Below, piece by piece: positions 8,424 to 17,048 of a DNA stretch of 26,979 nt (position 1 is its first letter; each line of letters opens with the position of its first letter). Both the position numbers and the translations under genes were made by a program. The DNA is from a virus. Lineage: Duplodnaviria; Caudoviricetes. A model generated the notes under the pieces. That model worked only from the letters and a program-made list of their open reading frames with translations, ran no database searches and had not been told where the DNA came from. The DNA lies in the IMG/VR virus record IMGVR_UViG_3300043447_000256, positions 1 to 26,979 of that record; one strand, written 5' to 3'.

Positions 8424-9539
8424 ATGGCGACAATTATTTCAGAACAAGAGAAAGATAAGTTATATACACAAGTTTTCCACCTTTTGGGTATGCCCGTTCG
8501 TGGAATTGAGTTAACTCAAGAACAAATGGACACATTCTTAGAATTGTCCTTGTCAGAATACGAACAATATGTTAGTGATTGGTTAATTGAGTCCCAATGG
8601 TCATCATTAATCGGTCTTAATTTAGATACTCAGTCACTAAGTAGAGCTTTCACAACAAGAAGTGTGGACTACGAAACTCAATTTACTTATGCTTATTCTA
8701 AGATTGTTGGATTACAAGCTGGTGGTGAATCAGAACTTAAAAAGGACTATTTTACCTTAGTTTCGGGTCAACAAGTATACGAAATACCTGCCGGTCGTGA
8801 AATTAACGAATTGTTATGGTTTAGTAGAGCGTCCCTTACCGATTCAATTGTTGACCCGTTCATTGGTGGATTCGGTGGACTTGGTGGTCTTGGATTTGGT
8901 GGTTTTGGAGGTATGGCTCAAATGGGTAATGCAGGTTCTTATTTTATGATGCCAGCGTTTGACATGTTACTTAGAATGGGGGATAGAAACCTTAAAAACC
9001 GTTTGATTGGTGGTGATTTAACTTATAGAATTACTGCAGGTCCTGAAGGTAAGAAATACATACATCTATATAATGTACCGGGTGGAAAATATGACTTTGG
9101 TGCAATTGAGAAAAATAACTATCAGGTTTGGTATTGGTATTATGATACTATGGATAGAGACACATGTTTAGAGAAAAACAAAGATGTGGTAAAACTTCCA
9201 TCTGATGTTATGACCGAAGAATTAACTTGGGATAAATTAAATAAACCTTCTCAGAACTGGGTTAGAAAATATCTAATCGCATATTCTAAAGAAGGTTTAG
9301 GTAGAATTTGGGGTAAATTCTCAGGAGACTTACAAGTTCCTGATAGTTCCGTTAAATTAGATTATCAATCATTAATCACAGAAGGTAAAGACGAGAAGAT
9401 GAAATTAGTGGAAGAACTAATGCAACGTCTTGAAAGATTACGTCCTGATAAGATGATTGAAAGAAAGGCAAACGAAGCTGAAAATTTGAACAAGTCTCTT
9501 AAATTCAGAGCGATGCCTTCCCCAATCAACATAGTCTAA
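8424..9539 (+). CDS. Neck protein / head-tail adaptor (T4 gp13-like)
   Basis: LGMPVRGIELTQEQ at the N-terminus and WVRKYLIAYSKEGLGRIWGKFSG.LQVP...LD...LITEG at the C-terminus match the gp13 pattern. GATATTTATA lies upstream. Confidence 0.8.
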   Translation: MATIISEQEKDKLYTQVFHLLGMPVRGIELTQEQMDTFLELSLSEYEQYVSDWLIESQWSSLIGLNLDTQSLSRAFTTRSVDYETQFTYAYSKIVGLQAGGESELKKDYFTLVSGQQVYEIPAGREINELLWFSRASLTDSIVDPFIGGFGGLGGLGFGGFGGMAQMGNAGSYFMMPAFDMLLRMGDRNLKNRLIGGDLTYRITAGPEGKKYIHLYNVPGGKYDFGAIEKNNYQVWYWYYDTMDRDTCLEKNKDVVKLPSDVMTEELTWDKLNKPSQNWVRKYLIAYSKEGLGRIWGKFSGDLQVPDSSVKLDYQSLITEGKDEKMKLVEELMQRLERLRPDKMIERKANEAENLNKSLKFRAMPSPINIV

Positions 9540-12433
9540 CTTTCGATTGCGTGATAAGCATAATCGTTACCATTTGTTTCGATTATTTCATCTTCGTTAC
9601 TCTTAATACTTTCCGCTTGTAGAGAGACAACTTTTCTATTGTGTTCAACCCAATAAGGGTCTGCCAATTTTAAACTATCTTCCACATACATAAAGAAAGG
9701 ATCACGACCTATACGATTCCAAAACAACACCTCACTATCCGATAGTGTCATTACTTCGTCAAATTTATCTTGACCTTCTTCTTTAAGTGGAAAACCGTTA
9801 ATCAATTCACATTGACCTTTGGTGAAGTATTGTCTATCTTCAGGTTTTTCAATTAAAATCTCATCACGAATTTCAGGTTTGAAAACACACAATAATGGTT
9901 CCATACGTTTATTAAAATTATTCAAATAACGTGCAACATTATAATCACCTGTTAAATCAGGATTGTTTGTTATTTCCTTTTCAGGAATCATGTAACAGTT
10001 AACTTCCACATAGTCATTTGGCATTGGATAACCATGTTTAGTGGTAAATTCTTCTTGCTGTTTCTTAGTTGGTTTATTAATCTTAGTCACATCACCTGAA
10101 GATTTCTTCACACCATTATTCACATAATAAATTGTATCACCTAAACCAGCTGGATAATCATTTTGTATGATTAATTCCATATGTGCTTGACGTGACATTA
10201 AAGAACCCGCCTTAGTTGTCTTTTGAATGTGCTTCTTATAATCATTAACCGATTGTTTAACACGAGCTTTATTTGCAATCTTTGATAATGGTATTTCTTT
10301 ATTGTAAATTTTATTTACATAATCATAATACAATTCAACAAATGAATGTCCGTCACCATTTAACAAATACTTTAATCCTTCATCTAAAAATTCCACAATG
10401 TATGTTTGTAGTTTCTTTGACTTAATTGTGTTACCTGTTAATTTAATTTTCTCTTTACCCTTCTTAACTAATTTAATAATATAGTTCTTACGTGATACGT
10501 TAATACAAGCAGGTGCTGTGTAGTCAATATCAAGACCCATTTCATTCCTCATAAAGATGTCATTGAATTCTGCAGTGTCTGCTTCAATTCCATGATATTC
10601 TTTACCTGCAACAACTAATTCATTTAAACCCTTACCAATATACACCGTATCTTTTGCACTGTCAGGAGTTTCAAAGTTTACACCATCCGTGTCCATTACA
10701 AGAGGTTTATAACCTTTCTTCATAAAGAACATAATCATCATACGTAAACATTGACGACCAACACAAGTAATGGTTTCACCCATATTCATATCACCCCAAG
10801 GAAATACGTGTGGTGCCGATAATGAACCAAAGTATGCGTTGATAAAAATCTTAATCGGTAATTGTTTACGGTCATACATTTCTGATGCAACAGGATCTGT
10901 ATTTTTTAATTCACCAGCAAGATGTTTGTACTTAATACGAATGTTACGGAAATATTTTAACATTGATTTCTGTACACCCATCACATCACATTCAGGGAAT
11001 ACATCATATACAAGTTGGATAGATGGATAGAGTGATGAGTAGTCAAACTTAACAATATCTTTAGAGTAACCCACGTTCAACAAACGAGATAAACCTCCCG
11101 TGATTGCTCGTTTCTCATCTTTTGCGGGAATTGCTAAACCATTTTCATATGACCACGCTAACATGATAATCTTCCACAATGTTGCAGTACCCATCGTTGC
11201 AATTCTTTCGTATGTGGTAGGTACTAATTTAGAAAGTAAGAATGTTGACTGAGAGAATGAGTCATCGACAATCATCGTCTCATACAAGTCATCGTCAAGA
11301 TATTGTTCTACAATTTTTCTACCTGGCCATATTTCAAATTTACCAGGATATTTTTGTAATAATCCTTCAGTACCCGGTTCACCTATTTGTTTGTATCCAC
11401 CTGTCTTTGGATTAACATAATAACTTTCATTATCAAGATATATCTTAGAGATTTTTCCACCGTCAACGTACACACGATTCTCTTTTTCTTTCTCCAAGTA
11501 TTTTGTTATGTATTTCAAACCCCACGACTTAATCTCAGAATTAATTGCTTGTGCTCTACGAACGGAGTGTGCGATATCAATAATATTGAAACCCCATATA
11601 ACGTGTTGTGTGTAAGGTTCAATTTCGTTCGCAAGTTTTAACATCCCCTCTTTCTCTTTCATTCCTTGTGTTGTGAATATTTGAGTTAATCCATTTACAT
11701 CAACACCAAGTATTTCCGCACGTTTTAATATAAACGGCCAGTCAAAGAAAGCAGAGTTATAGCCAGCAACAATTGTGGGTTTTAATTGTCTAATGTGTTC
11801 AAAAAATCTCTCAATACATTTCTTTTCACCATCTTCACCAAATGCTGGAATAGTTTCATTCAAACCACGGTTGTCCTTAACTCCAATCAAAATGATATTA
11901 CAAGTTTCAGGTTCCAAACCCGTGGTTTCAATATCGAATACAAATCGATGAACACCACCATAATCGTCAATTCCTTTGAACAAACGTTTCTTCTTTTGAA
12001 TAAGATATTGTTCGACAGGGTTTAAGATTGTGAAATACTGACGATACTTTTCGTCCCAAGGATTTAGACCACCCATTCTAAAGAACGAAATCAAATCAGT
12101 ATATGATTTCATACTTTTAACTAAATGGGTCATACCATTTTCTAAACGTTCGTTACCTTGAGTTTCTAATTTTTCAATTAGAATACCGAACTCTCCCATT
12201 CTCTTTTTCTGAATTGCCTTAGAATTCTGATAAAATCCTAAACCACTTAAATCACCCACCCAAATAAATGGCGTAAATGTATCAGGTTTAATGATTTTCC
12301 CTTGAACGGGGTCTTGAATGATTTTGTAAATTGTGTTGGTTGGATAATCGTATTCTACACCTACGATAAACTCTTCTGGGTCTCCCCCATTGAGGAAGTT
12401 CTCAATAACTTCCTGCGAAATGACTTCTTTCAT
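9536..12433 (-). CDS. polB: Family B DNA polymerase with 3'-5' exonuclease
   Basis: ExoI FDIETTG, ExoII GYNSAFFDWPFI, ExoIII-like YLDDD, motif A DYSSLYPS, motif B KIFINAYFG, motif C MDTDG, and RKNY. Start placed at the ATG at 12433 (MKEVISQ). Confidence 0.96.
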   Translation of the reverse strand: MKEVISQEVIENFLNGGDPEEFIVGVEYDYPTNTIYKIIQDPVQGKIIKPDTFTPFIWVGDLSGLGFYQNSKAIQKKRMGEFGILIEKLETQGNERLENGMTHLVKSMKSYTDLISFFRMGGLNPWDEKYRQYFTILNPVEQYLIQKKKRLFKGIDDYGGVHRFVFDIETTGLEPETCNIILIGVKDNRGLNETIPAFGEDGEKKCIERFFEHIRQLKPTIVAGYNSAFFDWPFILKRAEILGVDVNGLTQIFTTQGMKEKEGMLKLANEIEPYTQHVIWGFNIIDIAHSVRRAQAINSEIKSWGLKYITKYLEKEKENRVYVDGGKISKIYLDNESYYVNPKTGGYKQIGEPGTEGLLQKYPGKFEIWPGRKIVEQYLDDDLYETMIVDDSFSQSTFLLSKLVPTTYERIATMGTATLWKIIMLAWSYENGLAIPAKDEKRAITGGLSRLLNVGYSKDIVKFDYSSLYPSIQLVYDVFPECDVMGVQKSMLKYFRNIRIKYKHLAGELKNTDPVASEMYDRKQLPIKIFINAYFGSLSAPHVFPWGDMNMGETITCVGRQCLRMMIMFFMKKGYKPLVMDTDGVNFETPDSAKDTVYIGKGLNELVVAGKEYHGIEADTAEFNDIFMRNEMGLDIDYTAPACINVSRKNYIIKLVKKGKEKIKLTGNTIKSKKLQTYIVEFLDEGLKYLLNGDGHSFVELYYDYVNKIYNKEIPLSKIANKARVKQSVNDYKKHIQKTTKAGSLMSRQAHMELIIQNDYPAGLGDTIYYVNNGVKKSSGDVTKINKPTKKQQEEFTTKHGYPMPNDYVEVNCYMIPEKEITNNPDLTGDYNVARYLNNFNKRMEPLLCVFKPEIRDEILIEKPEDRQYFTKGQCELINGFPLKEEGQDKFDEVMTLSDSEVLFWNRIGRDPFFMYVEDSLKLADPYWVEHNRKVVSLQAESIKSNEDEIIETNGNDYAYHAIES

Positions 12434-12460
12434 TTTTTTTGTTTTTAAATGTGACGTATT

Positions 12461-12486
12461 AGCTTGTGGGAAAACCACAGTTTGCC
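12461..12486 (-). promoter_or_regulatory. Stem-loop in the polB 5' leader
   Basis: mRNA sense GGC-AAAC-UGUGG-UUUUC-CCACA-A-GCU, between a TATTTAT motif (12497-12503) and the ATG. Confidence 0.4.
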
Positions 12487-12562
12487 TTGATTACTTATAA
12501 ATAATAACAAAAAAAGTTGATAATAAAAAATGGGTTACAATTATATTTATTTTAAAAAGAAT

Positions 12563-13219
12563 ATGTCAAAATACGATAGTTTATTTGAAAAGGGGTACTA
12601 TTTTGGTGATACGAGTGATATGTCGTTTGACATGGACGAATATGATAGAAAATGTAAGGAGGTTTTTTCTTTTGAGAGAACTAAAGAAAAATATTTTGAA
12701 TATTTTAACATTGCACCTGATTTACCACATAGAATACCTTACACTGAAAGAGAGGAGAGACTTAGATATTTAAAAACCAAACCTGACATTTATGCGTTTA
12801 ATTCGGCAAATTCATTAATCGAATCTGACGAAACAAAAAATCAAATTAATTATTTTAGAGATATAATTTCTGATTTCATACCAAAGATATATCCCGATTT
12901 AGATAAAAATAAGATAACTATTAGCTCAAGTATCCAAATGTATCAAGATGGCGATTATCAACAATCTCATTTTGATGGTCACGTTGGTATATGTTCAATA
13001 ATTTTTTATTTTTCTGAGATGACGAATTATAATCATACGGGTAGATTACAAATATTAGAAAGTCGATATTCTGAAAATGTGATTGACATGGTTGACCCTA
13101 TAAACGGTAAATTTGCAATATTTGATGCTGTTCAAAATAACGTTAAACATAGAGTTGAACAAGTTAAGGGGGATTTTAAAAGATTTTCATACTTGGGTCA
13201 AATAAGAAAAATAGATTAA
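12563..13219 (+). CDS. 2OG-Fe(II) oxygenase (prolyl-hydroxylase-like)
   Basis: YQDGDY..SHFD (HxD), distal H in KHRVEQV, and R.S in KRFS. Start placed at the ATG at 12563, after TATTTAT (12544-12550). Confidence 0.85.
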   Translation: MSKYDSLFEKGYYFGDTSDMSFDMDEYDRKCKEVFSFERTKEKYFEYFNIAPDLPHRIPYTEREERLRYLKTKPDIYAFNSANSLIESDETKNQINYFRDIISDFIPKIYPDLDKNKITISSSIQMYQDGDYQQSHFDGHVGICSIIFYFSEMTNYNHTGRLQILESRYSENVIDMVDPINGKFAIFDAVQNNVKHRVEQVKGDFKRFSYLGQIRKID

Positions 13220-13584
13220 TTAATATTAATATATAATTTTTCTTTTATGGGTAAAATTAATTTACTCATAAGACCACCTAACCCGTCTGTAAATTGTACA
13301 TTGACTCTACCCTCAAATTTTCCAATTTGTGATGTTTGTTCTTCGGTAAATCTATAAACTATATAGTATTCATCGGTTGTTTGGTGGTATAACTTTGTTC
13401 TCGTTGTAATATTACATTGCTCATCTAATAATACTGGTTCACCTGTTTTAGTATCAAACATATCAAATGTGATAATTGCGGTTTCTAATGTATCGTTAAA
13501 TGACGATTTATCATTTTTACCGTCATCGATTAATCTTAATTTTAATATTGGGTCACTTGCCCCTTGTCTTATAAAAAATTCCAT
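13216..13584 (-). CDS. BppU N-terminal-like virion protein
   Basis: 122 aa. FFIRQGASDPILKLRL...YRFTEEQT..IGKFEGRVNVQF resembles baseplate upper protein N-domains. Confidence 0.5.
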   Translation of the reverse strand: MEFFIRQGASDPILKLRLIDDGKNDKSSFNDTLETAIITFDMFDTKTGEPVLLDEQCNITTRTKLYHQTTDEYYIVYRFTEEQTSQIGKFEGRVNVQFTDGLGGLMSKLILPIKEKLYININ

Positions 13585-13596
13585 ATTATATTTTTT

Positions 13597-14619
13597 TTAA
13601 CATCCACAATTTGTTATTGTATAATTCGGTAAAATTTGGCTCCTGAAATGATGTCTCACGTGAACAAAATCTAACGGTTCTTCAAAGTATTTTATTTTTT
13701 TAATGTTGAATAAACAAACACCATTATGTAAACTATTCATCAAACCAGTTCCCCCACCCCATGATTGAATAAATGGTTGAACTCCTCTATCTGAAGGGAT
13801 AATCTCCTCCCAATTTTCTAACTTATAAATTGGTGTTCCATTCAAATATATTTTTAATCTACCTAATCTTCTTTGTTTTTCCCCTGCCCATTTCTTATTC
13901 AATTCTTCAACAAATGTATATTGAGGTATTGAACCTGAAAGAATCACATCTGAAGCATTTGTTATCGTATAACCCGACGCAATTTGTGTCGAATGACCTA
14001 TGAATTGTCTGTTTATAAAGTCCGTCTGTTCCCATTTTGAATCTGAATATGGAACTGCGTGAGGACCCATAATTAAATCATTATACCCACCATCATTATC
14101 AATTTCACAATTGAAATATTCTTTATACCTTTCAAATACAATCGTTACGTTGAAATCGTCAGTAGTTTCACATATATTAATACTTCTTGTAACACCTGAA
14201 GACGTATAATATGAACTTGTATAACCAGAATCAGAATTACAAACACCTGAATATCTATAAGACTGCCATTTTATACCTCCATTAGAAGTAAATCCAAATG
14301 ATAAATTGTTATCGGCATAATCTGCAGAATCATTATCTCCTCTAACACCTAAATAATAAAATATACCACCGTCCGACCAATTATAACCATTACGATTAAA
14401 AACAAAATCTAATGTCCATCCTTTTTCTGTTCTTCTACGTATAATTGATTCACAATTATCATCACCCGAACCTTTATTGATTTTAAATGCCCACGGTTTA
14501 TTGTTTAATTTTGGAGTAATGGGACAACATGTTGAATCCCCTAATAATTGTGGACATTCAATTATATTTTTACTAAAACCTGTTAAAATTGCAGCTTCCG
14601 CTTGTAAACTATATGACAT
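13597..14619 (-). CDS. Probable virion protein, LamG/concanavalin-like beta-sandwich
   Basis: WTLDFVFNR...FYYLG...NVTIVF...LKIYLNG...IKKIKYFEEPL pattern; Cys- and Gly/Ser-rich. Confidence 0.5.
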   Translation of the reverse strand: MSYSLQAEAAILTGFSKNIIECPQLLGDSTCCPITPKLNNKPWAFKINKGSGDDNCESIIRRRTEKGWTLDFVFNRNGYNWSDGGIFYYLGVRGDNDSADYADNNLSFGFTSNGGIKWQSYRYSGVCNSDSGYTSSYYTSSGVTRSINICETTDDFNVTIVFERYKEYFNCEIDNDGGYNDLIMGPHAVPYSDSKWEQTDFINRQFIGHSTQIASGYTITNASDVILSGSIPQYTFVEELNKKWAGEKQRRLGRLKIYLNGTPIYKLENWEEIIPSDRGVQPFIQSWGGGTGLMNSLHNGVCLFNIKKIKYFEEPLDFVHVRHHFRSQILPNYTITNCGC

Positions 14620-14620
14620 T

Positions 14621-15724
14621 TTATATGAATTGACCGATATATGTGTTTATATTAAATTGAAATTTACCAACTTCTTCAAATGGTTCACAATCTTGTGAAA
14701 AAGTGTTAATTACTTTACCATTTGATTGAACCGTTCTACTTGCCGTACTTGTATTATTTACAAAAGTATACCCATCCTGTACTGGTTGACCTCCTTTCCA
14801 TAGTGTTGCTTTTAAAATAACGGGGTTTTCTCCAATATTATTATACCAAACAGATGTAAAAGTTAACTCAACATTGCTTGAGTTGGGATATTGTAATTTA
14901 AATTGTGTTAAATCAAATAAAATAGATTCGGTTCCTGTAGATTCTCTATTATCCCCACCATATGTTATAATTGGATTTGAATCATTTGGGAAATAAACTC
15001 TAAAATCTGATTGTGCACATGTTCCAATATAACCTTGGTCTTGTTGATCGCTAAATGACATAACAGGTGGATTTGAGATGTAAGTTTGTGTGTCCATATC
15101 AGTACCATCACTAAAGAAATATTCAACAACCATGTAATCAAAATCAAAAATAAATGGTCCGGTTGCAATAGTTGGTGTAGGGGTATGGGATGGTGTTGGT
15201 GTATTTGTTACAGTTTGTGTGGGTGTATGGGTTGGTGTTGGTGTGTTTGTTACAGTTGGTGTAGGTGTTGTCGTTTGACTCGGTGTCGGAGTCGGTGTTG
15301 GGTCGGGTAATAAATCACTATCCAATTCATTATTAAAACCTGAAATTTTAAAATAATGAACCTCTCCTGTTATACCTGTATATGTATATATATCATTATT
15401 TAATATGGTGTGTAAATACGGTGAACCAAAGTATGTTACAAAATTTTGGTAATTCAAGGTAACTGACATACCCGAATAAACATAATCGGAGTCATTTATT
15501 CTATTATCGTATTCAATTAACGTGATTGTAGTTCTTATAGATGAAAAATTTGCAAGACTCGTATCAACAATTAATGAATCATAATTAATTAAATTATCGA
15601 AATCTAACACGTCAGACGCATAATCTGACCATGTTTTAGATATTTCATAATCATATAATTCCGAATTATCGACTTTTAAATCAAGTTTAGACCCATAAAA
15701 TGTTAAAATATTCTGACTAGCCAT
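14621..15724 (-). CDS. Probable virion protein with a Pro/Thr linker and a C-terminal beta domain
   Basis: 367 aa: N-domain, 46-aa PT-rich linker, then a domain containing DGTDMDT and GGDNRESTGTESILFDL. Confidence 0.7.
   Translation of the reverse strand: MASQNILTFYGSKLDLKVDNSELYDYEISKTWSDYASDVLDFDNLINYDSLIVDTSLANFSSIRTTITLIEYDNRINDSDYVYSGMSVTLNYQNFVTYFGSPYLHTILNNDIYTYTGITGEVHYFKISGFNNELDSDLLPDPTPTPTPSQTTTPTPTVTNTPTPTHTPTQTVTNTPTPSHTPTPTIATGPFIFDFDYMVVEYFFSDGTDMDTQTYISNPPVMSFSDQQDQGYIGTCAQSDFRVYFPNDSNPIITYGGDNRESTGTESILFDLTQFKLQYPNSSNVELTFTSVWYNNIGENPVILKATLWKGGQPVQDGYTFVNNTSTASRTVQSNGKVINTFSQDCEPFEEVGKFQFNINTYIGQFI
15170..15307 (-). repeat. Coding Pro-Thr (mucin-like) low-complexity repeat
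   Basis: Encodes PDPTPTPTPSQTTTPTPTVTNTPTPTHTPTQTVTNTPTPSHTPTPT. Confidence 0.9.
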
Positions 15725-15730
15725 ACTTTC

Positions 15731-15761
15731 ATAAATATCTTTCAGAACATTTGATATTTAT
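15731..15761. promoter_or_regulatory. Back-to-back GATATTTAT motifs in a divergent intergenic region
   Basis: ATAAATATC at 15731-15739 (serving the minus gene) and GATATTTAT at 15753-15761 (serving the plus gene). Confidence 0.6.
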
Positions 15762-15777
15762 ATAAAAGTCCATTTAG

Positions 15778-16560
15778 ATGAATAATTTTATAAAACAGGT
15801 AATTGAAGAGAAATTTGTATCAAAAGCTCAACAAAAATATTTCTTTGCTAAAGCAAACGAAAAGGGTGCATCCAAGAAAGAAAAGAAGAAATGGGGTAAA
15901 TGGGCAAAGGAATTCTCAGATAAAACAGATTACAGTAAAATACCTGATAAGGTTGAAAAAGAGGAAGTTGACGAGATAGTTGATGAATTGGGGAATATTG
16001 AAAAAGGTAATAGACCAGCAAATTTAAGTACAAAAGGTATTACTTCAGATAGAACAAGTGATGAAGTTGCAAAAGATACTCGTCCACAACAAGGTAATTA
16101 CGGTACTAAAATATCAAACTACGTTAACTACCCATTACAAGAAGATGTTGTAACTAAAGAACAAGTAATGGAAATTGCAATGAAAGACGCGTTAGGTTAT
16201 CAAGAGACTTTAGGTGTTGATGCAGATTATGATGAGGCGGAAGAATATTTTGAAAAAGAATTAGAATTACCTGATGAAGAAGTAAAAGACAGAATGGGTA
16301 AAATGGGATATGATGAAACTTTACCTGAAGATAAGGTAAGACTTGTTGAAAATCCTAAAAAATTCATGGAAGAGTATATTGAAAGTATTATGTCTAAGAA
16401 AAGAATTGACAATGATATAGTTTCAAAAGAAAGTGAACAAACTGAAGAAAAAGAAATAAATCCAATTGTTTTAAAACAATTAAAATCTTTAAAAAGTAGT
16501 CTTGAAAGTAATAAACTTACTGTGAATGACATTTTGAAACATTTAAAAGATAATGAATAA
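15778..16560 (+). CDS. Hypothetical charged protein, possible head-internal/scaffold protein
   Basis: 260 aa, with a basic N-terminal part (SKAQQKYFFAK) and an acidic C-terminal part; VIEE, LQE and LVE motifs. Confidence 0.75.
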   Translation: MNNFIKQVIEEKFVSKAQQKYFFAKANEKGASKKEKKKWGKWAKEFSDKTDYSKIPDKVEKEEVDEIVDELGNIEKGNRPANLSTKGITSDRTSDEVAKDTRPQQGNYGTKISNYVNYPLQEDVVTKEQVMEIAMKDALGYQETLGVDADYDEAEEYFEKELELPDEEVKDRMGKMGYDETLPEDKVRLVENPKKFMEEYIESIMSKKRIDNDIVSKESEQTEEKEINPIVLKQLKSLKSSLESNKLTVNDILKHLKDNE

Positions 16561-17047
16561 AGAGTTAAAACATAGGATTTTTGATTTACCACAAAATATT
16601 CTTGACAAAATAAACCACACAATAAATGGTTTAAACGGTCAACATTTTCACGGTGTTAAACGTGCAGAAAAGTTATTAAACGATAAAAAAGTAAAATACG
16701 GACAACTCAAAAGAATAATACATGACTTTCAAAATGTTGATAAGGTTAATGATAGAGTTAGGTACGATTTGTGTGGTGGTGAGTTAATGGAAAAATGGGC
16801 TAATCAATTTTTACAGGGTGAGAGAGATTTGGTTAGTAATAAAAAAGATAGTAGAAAAAGAGCAGACGATATTGGTGGGATTACTGGTGAAAGAAAAAAT
16901 TCACATTTAAAATCTCATAGTAAAAAAGCCGATTGGTTACCTCCAACTAATTTAGTTAAAAGTAACTCACATAAAACTTCAGTATCCTCATTAAAAATGG
17001 GTAAACTATTTGAAGAGGTTGAAAGAATTAAAAAATTAATGTTATAA
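16553..17047 (+). CDS. Hypothetical basic protein ending LFEEVERIKKLML
   Basis: 164-aa ORF overlapping the previous stop by 8 nt. Confidence 0.75.
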   Translation: MNKELKHRIFDLPQNILDKINHTINGLNGQHFHGVKRAEKLLNDKKVKYGQLKRIIHDFQNVDKVNDRVRYDLCGGELMEKWANQFLQGERDLVSNKKDSRKRADDIGGITGERKNSHLKSHSKKADWLPPTNLVKSNSHKTSVSSLKMGKLFEEVERIKKLML

Positions 17048-17048
17048 T

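Noticed and set aside
9536-12433. Possible intein or intron in the polymerase (the helicase was also inspected)
   Set aside because: The ORFs are continuous, motif spacing is ordinary, and no intein splice-junction or LAGLIDADG motifs were seen.
12461-12490. GGCAAAC plus hairpin resembling the start of a c-di-GMP-I (GEMM) riboswitch
   Set aside because: It lacks the GNRA loop, the GACGCAAAG-like segment and the second stem on the mRNA strand, and is too short.
15731-15761. Reading the recurrent motif as the canonical T4 late promoter TATAAATA
   Set aside because: At co-directional junctions (18525, 21510, 25707) only TATTTAT appears on the sense strand, so that orientation is preferred.
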